Positions 26,630-39,130 of a stretch of DNA of 64,000 nucleotides are shown one piece after another. The stretch covers positions 2,864,419-2,928,418 of the forward strand of contig MU058198.1 of NCBI GenBank assembly GCA_013265495.1. Reading direction: 5' to 3'. Origin of the DNA: Vicugna vicugna. Taxonomy: Eukaryota. Each line of letters starts with the position of its first letter. The first letter of the stretch is position 1. The notes beneath the pieces were generated by a model, which did not search any database, was not told the origin of the DNA, and saw nothing but the letters and a program-made list of their open reading frames with translations. Both the position numbers and the translations under genes were made by a program.

Positions 26630-27090
26630 GTATGAGCCATCTATTGCCACAATAGGGCTGGGAAACAAACAGCCACAGGACTTCAGGGGTACTCACCCAT
26701 AAATGTGTGTTGTTGCTCATGAGTTCCGGGGTTGGCTGAGCCATCCTGCTGATCTGGGCCATCATCTAACGTGAGATCAAATGTGTCTGCTGTCCACTGG
26801 GATCTTCAGCTGTACTCCACGGGGTTCCTCATCCTCCAGCAGGCTAGCCTGAGCTACTTCACGTGGCAACAGCTGGGTTCCAGGGGATGAGTGGAAGCCC
26901 ACAAGAGCCCCTGAGCCCTGGGCTCAGATTTGACACACCATTACTTCCATAGTGAGTAACAAGCCAGCCCAGTTTCTGGAGTGGGGACATAAGCTCTGCC
27001 TCTTGATAGAAGGAACGTCAGAGTTACCTTGTATAGGAAGAGGATTCAGAGAAGGAAAGGATTGTGGCCATTTGGGGGAATGAATCCGCT
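26630..27090 (-). mobile_element. MaLR LTR (MLT1H/I-like)
   Basis: tgtatgagccatctattgccacaata...ctcatcctccagcaggctagcctgagct...gtggccatttggggg. Confidence 0.6.
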
Positions 27091-29240
27091 ACACCTGCTT
27101 TGTCCTTCTGTTGCTTTGCTTTTGAGAAGATGGATAAGAGGCTAGAGGGAATGATGTGTTTGGGCTGGAGTCAGAAGCATTTGGGTTCCACCACTGCACC
27201 ACCCAGCCTTCCTGAGCTTCGGTTTCCTCATCTATACAGTGATGGCAACAGCAAGCGCTGCTGACCCTCCGTCTGTTCCCATGACTCCTTGGGGACATGC
27301 CCAACCCTCTGGTACTAAGGACAGGAAGAAAAATCTAGCAGCAGAGCATCAGAGTCACTGTCTGGTGGTGGCCCTGAGCCTGCCTACCTGCCCTCCAGAG
27401 GCAAGGACAGACTCTGTGCTGTCCTTCTCAGATCCCAGGTCAGCCATGGCCCCAGTGTCCAAAGCCAAGCACAAAGCCACTGGGCACCAGGAGGATGGTC
27501 TCTCACCAGAGCCCAGGAACACTCTTCTCCAGGCAGCTATGCCAGTGACGGGAAAAGAAGTGAATGTGGACAAGCAAGTGCACAATTTATTATCCATCCC
27601 ACTTTCTCCATCGTCTCTGGGAGAAACCAGAGGTAGTGCCATGCTTCGTTCTCTCAAGGTAACTTTTGTACATGACACGTTTCCCTCCTGCCCTTGGGTA
27701 CTGTCTGCCTTCCCCCAAGGTGGTCCTAATTGGGCCCTACACAGCACTTTCCCTCATTACTGTTTATTTCATTTGCATTTTTTCCATTATAATGTTATTG
27801 TTCTAAAGTGTGAGACCCATTACCTGGGCAACCAGAAGTGATGCCGGTGTGGATTCAGTCTCTACTGAGACCTAAATTCTACTTGGTTAAAATCACTCTT
27901 GGGGCCAAAGAGCAAGAAACACCCCACAGTTCCACATGCCTTATTTCTTTATTTTTCTCTTTGCTCAGACAAGACTTAGCTGACCTCTGTGATCTCCCCC
28001 AAATGCACTCACGTAATTCATTTTACTTCTGCTAACCAGCCACAGTGTCTTACCTCCTCCTAGAAACAGAGTCCCCTTTGATCAATATACTGCCTATTCA
28101 AGACCTGCCTTGTGGGTTTGGAGTTCAATGGATTATGCATTTAGGTTCTCAGTACGGTGCTCAGGAACACAGCAAACAACTCACTAAAGATTAACGAGCA
28201 GTGTTACTATTACTATTAATAACAGTGTCAGCATTGGTCTGTCACCATCCCCCTTAGAAGTCACTGGGGCCTTTTACATCAGTTGTTACTCCCACACCCT
28301 ACTTCCTCTCTTCAAGACAAGAATCTTCCTCCCACCCCAGCTTCTTTAACACTCTCTGCGCAGGTAAACCCCCTTCAAGGTCTTGGCTGGCAAAGAGGCT
28401 CCCAGGCCGAGTCCAGAGAGGAGGAGAGAAGAGCCCTCCCCCAGCGTTCATTTTCTCTCTTGACTCCTGACCCAAGCAGAGGCCAGTGCCGCGGGGAGTG
28501 GTGGTCCTGGGGAGGCACCCCTGGGTTTCCCTTCAGAACCAAGATGAGGAAACCAGCAGCTGGCAGGAAATGAATATGACACGAACGCTCTGCTGGAATA
28601 GCTATAAATAGGGAAAGTCAATGGAGCGGAAAGGAAAGCATTTAACAGCTAAGTGTTCTTTGCAGCAGCAGGCTCACACCTCATTTTATCAGCCGTTATT
28701 TACACAAAGGAAGGTGTGATGGTGCTTATGGCATCATTAAGCACGGATTACTTCCTTAACTGTGAATACCGTAGCCCAGGGGAAGCAACGGGCTCTAGAG
28801 CCCCTCAAGGACACCCGGGAAACCAAGCACAGACTCAGCCCCACGCTGAGTCAACCGGAAACGCCGTCACCACCCCCCACAGTCACTTCCTCTCTCCCTC
28901 AGTTCTCAGCCCACCAGGAATAAATACAGAGGGGATGCGAAGCCCTGACTCAGAAGTCGGGCGCAAGAATGGTCACAGCTCTCTGTTTTCAATAACCAGC
29001 CGAATTCCCCATCCTGAGCCTCACGATGCCAGCAGGGACCTCTGCCTCGGCTCCTCAGGCCTCCCTCAGCTCAGCCCAGGCTCTGCACTGGGGACACACA
29101 CAGTGCCAAGGCCTGGGCACAGGATCTGCGGTCATCAGTCGCCTTTGAGGGTTCTATCATTCCACCCACGTGGTGCCTTTGCTGCAGGAAAATGGGTGTG
29201 TGTGTGAGGATGGTGGTGTCCCAGGTCTCAGGTGAGTCCC

Positions 29241-29737
29241 TGAGACACGCCCCACCAAGTGAGGGTCCCTGGCTTCACACAGGAAAGAATTCAAGAGTGA
29301 AGCAAAGTAGAGTGAAAGCAGATTTGTTCAGAGAGATACATACTCCATAGACAGACTGCAGACCATCTCAGAAGGTCAGAGAGAGAGAAGCCTCAAAGTG
29401 TGGGGCTGTTAGTTTTTATGGGCTCAGTAACTTTATATGCTGACAAGTGGAAGGATTCTTCCAGCTACTTTAGGGCAGAGGCGGGGATTCCCAGGAACTG
29501 GGCCACCGCCCACTTTTTGGCCTTTTATGGTCAGCCTCAGAACTGCCATGGCACCTGTGGGTGTGCCATTTAGTGTGCTGATGTATTACGATGAGCATAT
29601 AATGAGGCTCAAGGTCTACTGGGAGTGGAATTTTCCGCCATCTTGGGCCCTGTAGGTTTTAACCAGTTTTTGTCCTATCTTCAATTGCTGCGTCATTCTT
29701 TTAATGGCTGTGCCCTGCCTGCTTCCTCCCTGTCTCA
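29241..29737 (-). mobile_element. ERV1-type solo LTR
   Basis: 7-bp inverted ends tgagaca / tgtctca; internal aggaaagaattcaagag, gtttttatgg (TATA-like on the minus strand) and ccgccatcttgg, typical of ERV1 LTRs. No TSD found, so the left end is uncertain. Confidence 0.7.
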
Positions 29738-31809
29738 CCTTCGGCTCAGAGTTCTCTCTGTTGCCTCCATCCCAGGGGTAGGACACAGGGGCCTGCGGCA
29801 AGGTTGAAAGCCAAGGTCTATTTGGTCTTATGTCCTTGGACACGCTGTGTAGCCATTTCTCCCTGGGGTCACTCTGTCTTCCCACTACTCCTGGGACCCT
29901 GGGGCCACTCTCTGACACCAGCCCAGAAGACATCTCGTTTCCTTAGTCTGAAGCAAGCCCCTCTCTCTCTTTCCTAAGCCTCCCAAGCCACTCTGCCTCC
30001 CCTCACAAACCCACCCTTAACACGTTTAGGTATTCAGAACAACAACAGAAATCTCGAGGGACACTTCTGCCTTCAGCCCTGACACATTCCTCCCCCGAGG
30101 CAGCCGAACACCAAGCCTGCCACCTGCCTGCATGGGAGGAAGGAAAAGGGAGAAAAGGCAAATTGTGTCACAATATTATCCAAACACGAGCATTTAGGAA
30201 ATTCTAACTGCATGTTCCATCCACCCAGACAGTGTGTCCTTTCAGGAACGCATCCAGACACCACGAGTGTTGATGGTCTCTTTTCACTGAGCCTTGACGA
30301 TGTTCACTTGCCTCCCCCAGATCTCTGCTGGCTCAGCTTGTTGGTGCCAGAGTGTGTGAGGTGGTCCAGGAGGGGGCGGACGGAGGAGTCTTTGGAAGCT
30401 CAGGGTAGAGCAGGGAGGATCCCTCATGGGCTGACCCCACCCTGCAGCCTGTTTCCCACAGCATTCTCTCTTGAGTTTCACAGACTCCTCTGAAGAATAA
30501 AATCACCACGCTGCACATTCCGAAACACAGAACCACAGCGTAGTGACAGCTTGAAGCCATTGCCAATCTCAGCGTCCATCCAGTCACTTGATGAAGTCAG
30601 GGGTTGCCTGTCCTGTGTCAAGCTCTGCACTTGAGGCTGGGGGAGCTCCACATGGCTGTTCATTTTCCCATTTGTTCTGCTGATACTTCTCAGAAACTCA
30701 TGCTGTGCCAGGCACTGAGCTGGGCTCCAGCAATACAAGTGAAAGAGACAGTCAAGGTGCCTTGTGGAAGTAACATTTTAGGTGGGAAGACATGGGATGG
30801 AGCATGATGGAGGGGTCTCTATTCTAAACAGGCTGATCAGGGAAGTCTCCTCTGGTGAGGTGACCTTCAGCAGAGATAAGGATGATGAGAAGATGATGGA
30901 GGAGAACAGCATTCCATGCAGAGAGAGAAACAAGTGTGTTGGTGCTGGCCTTGTGTGAGTAACTAGAAGAAAGCCAGTGCGCATGAGCAGAAGTCGTGAG
31001 GATGACAGGGCAGGGTGTAGTTCAGAGGTAGAGTTGGCAGGTCACATGGAAGCACCGGACGTTGGGGATCAAGGACAGAAAGGATCTGAGCATGCTTAAG
31101 ACAGTGTTCCTACTCTAGAGACATCCAGAGTAGAACAATACAAAAAGTTGTAAAATAAGTTATTTCTATCAAATGCCAGAGACCAATTTCTTATTACTTG
31201 GCTTTGGAACTTTCTAGAAAGATTGCTCAGGATGACCTAGAGCTTCGAGTTCTAATCAAGTGGTCTCTTGGGATGGGAAAAGTTCCACCAAACTGGGATT
31301 TCACGGGCTTTGAGTAAAACTAGTCCTGGGAGTGGAGGTGTTAATGGCTGGATTCCTCACCCAACATCCTGATGACACCAGCCCCTGCTCAATTCCTTCC
31401 TCATTCCTTCCAAGACAGTCCATTTTGGCTATAGATCATTCTGATTACTAGCTTTTTCCTCTAATAAATATGTTCTTTGAACCAAACATAAGAGTCCATG
31501 TATCTCTTGCTTAAACATATTTTCCTTTGATGCAAAGAGTTGGAACATCAGAAAATAAAGGCCTTTACAAGAACCAGAGATTATTCCTTCTATGTATCTT
31601 CCATTTTCTCTCAGTTTTGCTTCACTTACTAGATGGTCCTTATAGAAGGGACTTCCTTTCGAGGGAAGGTGCAAATGAGCCCCCACATCTAAGATATGAC
31701 AAAGTATATTAGTCAGTGTGGGAAAGCTGCTGTAACAAACAATCCCAACAGCCTAGTGGCTTAGGGATGAAACTTTGTCTTTCTTACATCATAGCTATGA
31801 CGAAGTAAA

Positions 31810-32180
31810 TTCTTTGCAGTCCTCCAATTGAAGGCTGGGTCCTTTTACCCTACTTAAATCTTGACTGGCCTCTATGACTGGCTTGACCAGTGGAATTTGC
31901 CAGAAGCAATGCTATGCCAGTTCCTGGTATAGTCTTTAAAAAGCTGCAGAATCTCTGCTTGTACTCTTAGGTGGAAGCCTGGCACCATGTAGAAGCCAGA
32001 TTTCTCCAAAACTGCCATTCTATGAGGAAGCCCAAGCTGGCATGAAGAGAGGTCACATGAAAAGAAAGAGAGAGACAGAGAGTCAGAGAGGGGGGGTGCT
32101 GGCCAGCACCCTGCCGTTTCAGCCCTCCCAACACTGATGTGTGAATGGAGAAGCCATTGTGAACATTCCAGTCCACTGCC
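31810..32180 (+). mobile_element. MaLR LTR fragment (MLT1F/G-like)
   Basis: gactggcttgaccagtggaatttgccagaag...ctgccattctatgaggaagcccaagctggcatg. Confidence 0.6.
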
Positions 32181-33871
32181 TTACAGTGTATGCCTGTCTC
32201 CCTCACTTTAGCTCAAGCTTCAAGTGACCCCCAAAACAGCATCCCTCTTGGCCATCACTTGGATGAGATGACCCCAGCTTCTGTAAGGAGGAATGCAGAC
32301 AACAGAGGCCTCATGGAAACAGCTCAGGCCTCTTTAGTTTTCTAAGGATGACACCTCCAGGTGTCTGTGGTGTTATCTGTGTACAGCCTTGCACTCACCT
32401 GTCACCTGGATCTTTAGGCAGGAACTATTTCGGATTTGGGTCACAGAATCCCAGAGCCAAGATGTCCAGAGGTCAGAGGTGACCCCAAACAAAGGTGAGC
32501 AAGGCCCCAGAAAAGCATTATTCATAAACTCATTATAATCTTTTCAAAATCACTCCATTTTATTTGATTTGATTTGCCTGACCTTACTCAAAATTTATTC
32601 TCATAGACATTTTGGTTGATTTCCAAACAAATTAGTTTAAAAGCCACGGGTAATTCACTTCCCAACTGATCAGCTGCCTACATCAATAACTCCTGATGTT
32701 CAGTTACTGAGCTCTCCTGGGTGCCTCGTAGTGACAGGCTACAAAGTGTACCGTTAAGACCCAAAAGCTAAGAGCCAAATGGCCTAGGTTGAATTCAGGC
32801 ACGGCTACTTATTGTGGGACTCTAGGCAAGTCACTTGACCTCTCTGGTTCTCCATTTCTTCATCTGGAAATGCAAATAATAAGAGTATCTACCTCATAGA
32901 GCTACTGTGAGAATTGAACTCATTCATATATATTGAGCAGTTGGTGTAGCGTCCGGCACGAGTGTCAGCTACTGTTGGTGAGAGCGTGCCCAGCAGGGAC
33001 AAAGGTGCTGCTCATTTCTAAGGCTGAACTGGCTTGGAATCTGACTGGTCCCAATATCAGCACGTGATGGTGGCTGTCCTAGACTGGGTGTCCCAGAAGC
33101 AGGCCTGGAAACAAGGATTCACGTGAAAGCGTATGTTCGAGGCGCTTTCAGGAAAAGCCCGTGGGGAACGGGAAGGTGGCACTGGGAAGGGAAGGGGGCG
33201 CAGCGTGGGCATGGCATCAGGCAGCGTCGTTTCTGTTTATGGAGCAGAACCTAATCCTAGATAAACCATGCACATTCATACCCCACCTGCTGCATTCACT
33301 GATGTCTTAGTATTAGCATGAGCTAACTTTTATTGAGCAAATGCCATGTTCTAGGTACGGTGTAAGTACTTCACATACCTTATCTCATCCACGTCTCAAG
33401 CCCTGACGAGCTATTACATCATTGAAACAGGTCCTACCAGGCAAATGATACACCGGAGTTTCCATTTGTTTTAAAGAACTATCTGATGGTGTTTATTTAG
33501 TTCATTAGATTCTGCAGATGAAACATCTCCAGATACATTATCTTCCTCTAAATAATGGCTGAGAAGGTGTGCACATTAATTTGTAAACATATTGGCTGAT
33601 GCAAACTTCTCCCATGCAGTGAGAGCTGGAACGTGCTTATGTGCAGTAATTGCAGGGTTATTCATTCTTAAGTGAGGCAAAAAGGCGTGATTGTGATGGA
33701 GCTTGAGGCCCTTGGTCTGGCAAGGCCCAAGGCCATTGATGGCCTGTAGATTTCATCCTGAGCCCCAACCCTGATTGATTAGCTGGCACTGGGAGCAAAG
33801 ATTGAGGCTCCACTAGGCTTAGCAGGAGAGGCTGCTGTGATCGATTATTCACGCCTGCATAGCTGTAGGAT

Positions 33872-34243
33872 TCTCTTTGTCCCTTTAGCTGCTATAACAA
33901 AAATACCATAAACTGGTGGCTTATAAACAATAGAAACTTCTTCCTCACAGTTCTGGAAGCTGGGAAGTTTAAGATCAAGGCACCCAGCAGACTTGGTGTC
34001 TGCTGAGGGCCAGCTTCCTGGTTCATAGATACCCTTCTTCATGCTGTCTCCTCACATAGCACAAGAGATGAGCGAGCTCTCTGGGGTCCCTTTATAAAGG
34101 CAATAAGCCTATTCATGAAGGCTCCACCCTCACGACCTAATCACCTCCCCAAGGCCTCACCTCCTAATACCATCACGTTGGGTGTTAAGTTTCAACATAT
34201 GAATAGGGAGGCTTGAGGGGAACACAGCACGCAGACCAGAGCA
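33872..34243 (-). mobile_element. MaLR solo LTR (MLT1A0-like)
   Basis: gctgctataacaaaaataccataaactggtggcttataaacaatagaaac...cacctcctaataccatcacgttggg...cagaccagagca. Confidence 0.8.
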
Positions 34244-34469
34244 GACTGGGAGTGAACTGTATGTACCAAATCTCTAAGAGCACATCAACTTGAAGAAGCT
34301 ACTTGAATAACTCCATTTTGCAGGTGAGCAAACTGAGGCCTAAATAAGCAATTTACCCAGTCACAGTGAAAGGCAAAGCTTGAATCACACACTTGAGCTT
34401 GTTGAGTCCAAGAGAGATGCTAGCAACCACGGTCGAATTATGACAGCCTCCTAATTTGACACCAACCCC

Positions 34470-35530
34470 TGCGGACGGAGCCCTTAGGCCAAAGAGGACA
34501 ACGGGGGCTGCTTCAGACTCGGGCGCCAGCCGCCTAAGGGATCCAAGATCCAAGTTCCATCTCTGCCAACCCCATCTAACACACTCCCGCCAACCCCAGG
34601 ATTCCTAGGATGCAGGGGGCCCAGGACGAGGAGGACTGGAGGCGGCCTGGCTTCATCCCTGCCTGCCCGGACCAGCGGTCTCGGCCTTGACTCCCCTCAT
34701 CCCCCGCAGGGCCAGCAATCAGGCCGGCGCTGCCAGGCCCAACGCGCCAGCGCTCCCCTCCGCGGGCCGAGGGCTCAGCTATTGATCCTGGCGCTCCCAG
34801 CAGCCGCCTCTGCCTAGAGAGGCAATTTACCACCAGCTTGGAGGTCACGGGAGGGGCCCGGCCGCCCGCCGGCGCTTTTATGCCGCTATAAAAACCATTT
34901 AAAGGGCCACTTTGTGAGCCACCGCGCGGAGGAGGAGGGAAGCAGCGGAAGCCACCGACCCACAAGCTCTGGAGCCTCCTTTCGAGCGCCCAACGCGGCT
35001 GGAAAGTCCAGCTCCTCTGCTGCCCGCTCCCCGCCTTCGGGGGAGGCTGCAGGAGATGCGAAGCGGGTGCGCCAGGCCTGGAGAGCCGCCCCCCATGCCG
35101 CCGGAATGGGCAGGGCGGGAGCAAGAGGCGCACTAACCCGGTTAAGTCAGATCGCACAGCCCAGCCCTCGCCCTCCTGCCGCCCGTCGCTAGGTGCCTGC
35201 GCCCTGCTCTGCGCCGGCCGCCCTGAGCTTCCCCTTCTGCCTCTGTAGCACCTCTGCGAGGGGGTGGGTTCCAATTATCATCGAGCCCATTTGTCAGAGG
35301 GAAAACCGAGGCTCAGGGAAGTTAAGGAACTGGCTCGAGCTTTCACGGCCTGGATTTAAACTCGGATAGTCGAACTCCAAAGCCAGCTGTCTTGATTTAA
35401 CCACCGGGAGACCCAGCAGCACGCATGTTCTGACAAAGGCCATCACTTCAGCCCCGAAAGCCGGCTGTATAAGGATAACGGGAATTACCAGCAACTAAGG
35501 TGAAAGAACCTTCGGCCATCGCAGGGAACC
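34470..35530. promoter_or_regulatory. Orphan CpG island
   Basis: About 1 kb of GC-rich sequence with visibly retained CpGs in a CpG-depleted background; GC boxes; no recognisable CDS or repeat. Confidence 0.8.
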
Positions 35531-35628
35531 ATTCACAGCCCCGAACCTCCGTTCCATGTCGGGCTGTTTCTTTCTCCTACGTCTGTTGGCTCCTAAATGC
35601 CCTTCCCACTCTCGTCTGCCTGTTCAGC

Positions 35629-35647
35629 TAGCGCCACCTGCAGGTAG
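35629..35647 (-). promoter_or_regulatory. CTCF-like motif
   Basis: Minus strand reads ctaCCTGCAGGTGGCGCTA, close to the core CCASYAGRKGGCRS. Confidence 0.6.
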
Positions 35648-36769
35648 AGTTGGTCACTGTTTCTTTTGGACCATCACTTGAATTCTCTTTTATTCATTCA
35701 TTCGGCGCGTCTTTCCACAGACATTTATTGATTTGTGTTCTGTGCCAGGAGCACGGAACTGGGCCGGAGGCCGCGGGACACAAGGTACTTACAGTCTAGC
35801 GGAGAGACAGACTTTTAAACAGGCAATTATAGTACAGGATAGATGGATGGTGAAAGGGGAGGGAAGCGAAGGAGGGCTGCCGGAGGAGGGGCCATTTAAG
35901 TTACAATCTGAAGGATAAGTAGAAATTACCCAGACCAAGAAGGGTGAAGACAAGTCTTCCAGGCAGAGGGAGCAGCTTGGAGGAAGCCCTAGGGGTGAGC
36001 ACAGGTGCAGCCCAGGGTCTCCATCACCAGGTGGGAGAGGAAAAAAGCCACGTTTCACATATGACGGAAGCATCAAGTGAGAAGCCGGCTGTGACTTCTT
36101 TCTTTTCTGTCGTCCCACTGCCTCCATTCTTTGAGATGGATAGTTGAGGTTGTCTCAGTCATAGGCCAAGTGTGCCCTGCCTCCTCCACACCTCTGGGGA
36201 GAGGATGGGTGGAGAGGTGTAGCACGTGATGCAAGCAGGGCCAGGTCATAGTGGGCCTTGAAAGCTGGATTAGCTCTCTTGGCATTTCTCGAGCAAAGAG
36301 CAAGTCATCAAAGGACTCAGTGGTGGGGATCTGACCAGCTTCTCCTCCCACACAGTCACTCTGGGGACAGAGTGACAACCCCAATGCCTTTATGTCCCTA
36401 GGAAAGCCGGAGACCCAAAAATGCATGCTTCTCAGATTAGAAATCAGGTGAATTCTTTGTAAATGTTTTTAGGGGGGAGAGGGAGAGGCAGTCTGTAAAA
36501 AAGCCAGGGAAGGAGAGGTCCCTGCCCAGCGTTGGTCTCTTCGGGGCAGGACCCCTTGACCTCTGGGCAGGACCAGAGGGACGGGATCAGCTCAGAGCTG
36601 CCCTTATTTAGCCAACATTTCCCCAGCTGCCTTGAGCTGCCACATCACTGTCCTCCCATCAAAGAGACCAAGGGGCCCCTCAGCTGAGAGCCCCAGCTCT
36701 GCCTCTCCCTCAGGGTTTTTGGGCCTCTTCACGCCCTCATTCTAGGCTTCATGGCTGCCTCAGAGGAAG

Positions 36770-36788
36770 CAGCGCCACCTCTTGGGTT
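36770..36788 (-). promoter_or_regulatory. CTCF-like motif, same orientation as 35629-35647
   Basis: Minus strand reads aacCCAAGAGGTGGCGCTG. Confidence 0.45.
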
Positions 36789-36886
36789 GAATCTAACTTC
36801 TCTGCCTATAACCTGGATTCCACACCAGCTCTGGGTTTCCAAGATGTAGTTCCACAGATGGTCCCATCTCTGTCTCTCTCTCTCTC

Positions 36887-37023
36887 TTTTTTAACTTTAA
36901 TTTTTTGGTGGGGAGGTAATTAGGTTTGTTTATTTATTTATTTTGATGGAGGTGCTGGGGATTGAACCCAGGACTTCGGGCCTGCTAAGCATGCACTTTA
37001 CCCCCGAGCTATACCCTCCCTCC
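36887..37023 (-). mobile_element. tRNA-Ala-derived SINE (Vic-1-like)
   Basis: ggggaggtaattaggtt...ggggattgaacccaggac...gctaagcatgcac...gagctataccctccc (antisense of the SINE). Confidence 0.88.
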
Positions 37024-38129
37024 ACCCTTGAGTTACCAATATTTTGTCACTGTCCCTCTGCCACCAGTAAGCATACTTAAGTGTCCTGAGCTAAGCAAAT
37101 GACCCTTGGCCCTGCCACCATCTTTCTTTCTCCACTGTTAGACTTTTCTCCCAAAAATAACCTTTATTCATGGCCCCTGTATCCTCACTCGAGGACAATT
37201 TGTCTGATACCAACAAGGCTTCTGCTCCTTAAGCATTTGCAGGGGGCCGGCTCCGTGTCATTTTGTATACATGAGCTCAGCCATTTCTCATACAACTGTG
37301 TGAATTATGATCAGCTCCATCTTACAGATGGGAAAACTGAGGCTTCAGGAGGGGATCATGAAGTAAATAGCTCAGGCATACCACTGGCCCTAAATCCTGC
37401 TTCTAACTGCCTAGTCTTAATGGACCCTCTACAAGCCAGCCACCCATCCTTCCCTGCTGTACCTCTGGTGGTTCTGAGACACTTGATAAATAGTTGTGGA
37501 ATGAATGGATGTTCAAACACTTTCATGACTTTTTGCCAGCTTGTCTAGAGACCTTTCCTGCAAAGTTTTATAATTTGGTAAATACATACATTTGGTAGTA
37601 ATGCTATGTATATAATTGTGTCTCATAATCCCAGAATTCCTTTATGAATTAAGTATCTTGAAAAATAAAACAGAGCGGAATTCAATATAATTCTCAGCTC
37701 ATCTATCTCGTGTCTTCATCCTTGCTGTCAAAATGCCAATGTCTTCTTAAGCAGGAGAGAATGCCAGCTACATATTAATTCGGTTTAGCTCATGAAGTAC
37801 ACTCAGGCATGCACAGCACAAAAAAGAAAAAAAAAACCAAGAATGAGACAAAAATAATCAAAAGGGATGAAACTGGTAAATCCTATACAAAATGCTCCAG
37901 GTTTGAAAATATTTATTGGGAGAAACATACACATCAGAGATAGGTTATTCAGCAAACAGAAGAGAAAAAAAAGACATTCGTGAGAATAAAATAGGACACA
38001 TTTAGAAAATGTTTCAAAGAAATTAAAAATTTGGTCAAAAACTTCTTTAGACAAATTAAAGAAAATATTCTAATATTTATGTGTACAGGAAACTTGGTGA
38101 ATTAGCTTTAGATAAATCAGCTGCTAGCA

Positions 38130-38450
38130 ATCGGAATGGGTTATGTTCTGCTGCAGTAACAACCCTCAAATCTCAGTGGCTTAACACAGCAAAGGGTGTC
38201 TCTTGCTCGCTCCACATTTCCAACATGGGTTGAATGAAGCTCTGCTCCATGTTATCTTCATCTCAGGACCAGGCTGATAACACAGCCTCTACTTGGTACA
38301 TTACTGAGATGTGATAAACCATGTACTAGCATTAATAGGGGTGACACATGTCACTCCAGCTCACATTTGATTGACAGAAGCAAATCTTACTGCTTTGCTG
38401 AGCTCAAGAGACAGGGATGTGTAACTCTCCTATAGGGAGGACAGCACATA
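38130..38450 (-). mobile_element. MaLR LTR (MLT1J-like)
   Basis: ggttatgttctgctgcagtaacaaccctcaaatctcagtggcttaacacagcaaagg...gtgacacatgtcactccagctcacattt. Confidence 0.65.
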
Positions 38451-38789
38451 AAAACCCTCCACTTCAGATAAATTAAATTTAAGTAAATGGTTAACACTCT
38501 ATTTCCTCCCTCCCCTCTTTGTACTTTCCTCCCTTTAGGTTACACGTTTTAAGGTGAATAAAACCCCTGGGAAACAGGTTACAATGCAGATTTCTGGGAC
38601 CCACTTCCAGGGAGGCTGATTTAGATCTGGACTGGTCTCCTAGGATCTGCAGAGTCACTACAGGTAACCTTGATGTCTAGGGGTATAAACAGCATTTTGA
38701 GAAGCACTGATTTAATCTCAGATGAAACTCGCTATGTGGATCCTTCTCACATCAATGACCTTTCCTCATTCCTTGCTCAAGACGCATGC

Positions 38790-39130
38790 AACCAAAAAAC
38801 CCTCAAAATATCAGCAACTTAGAAACTAAAGAGACACAACAACTAAGTGCAGTGCAGGATTCTGGATTGAATCCTGGAACAGAAAAAGGAAATTAGGGGA
38901 AACATTGGGTAACATTAGGGGAAATTTGAGTAAAGGCTGTAGTTTACTTAATAGAACTACACTGCGGTTAATTTCCTGGTTTTGAAACTCGGACTAAGGT
39001 TATGTAAGATGTCAACATTAGGGGAAGCTGGAGGAAGGCTATATAAGAATTTTCTATACCATTTTTTCCAACTTGTCTGTGAATCTAAGATTATTTCCAA
39101 ATGAAACGTTAAAAACGAAGTTATTATAAA
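38790..39130 (+). mobile_element. Old L1 (L1MC/ME) 3' end
   Basis: aaagagacacaacaactaagtgcagtgcaggattctggattgaatcctggaacagaaaaagg...gtgaatctaagattatttccaaatgaaacgttaaaaa. Confidence 0.7.

Noticed and set aside
27239..27841. 200-aa ORF (and the 184-aa ORF at 28653-29207)
   Set aside because: No similarity to any protein I recognise; composition typical of non-coding DNA.
34576..35274. 232-aa minus-strand ORF in the CpG island
   Set aside because: G/R/P/A-rich product expected from stop-poor GC-rich DNA.
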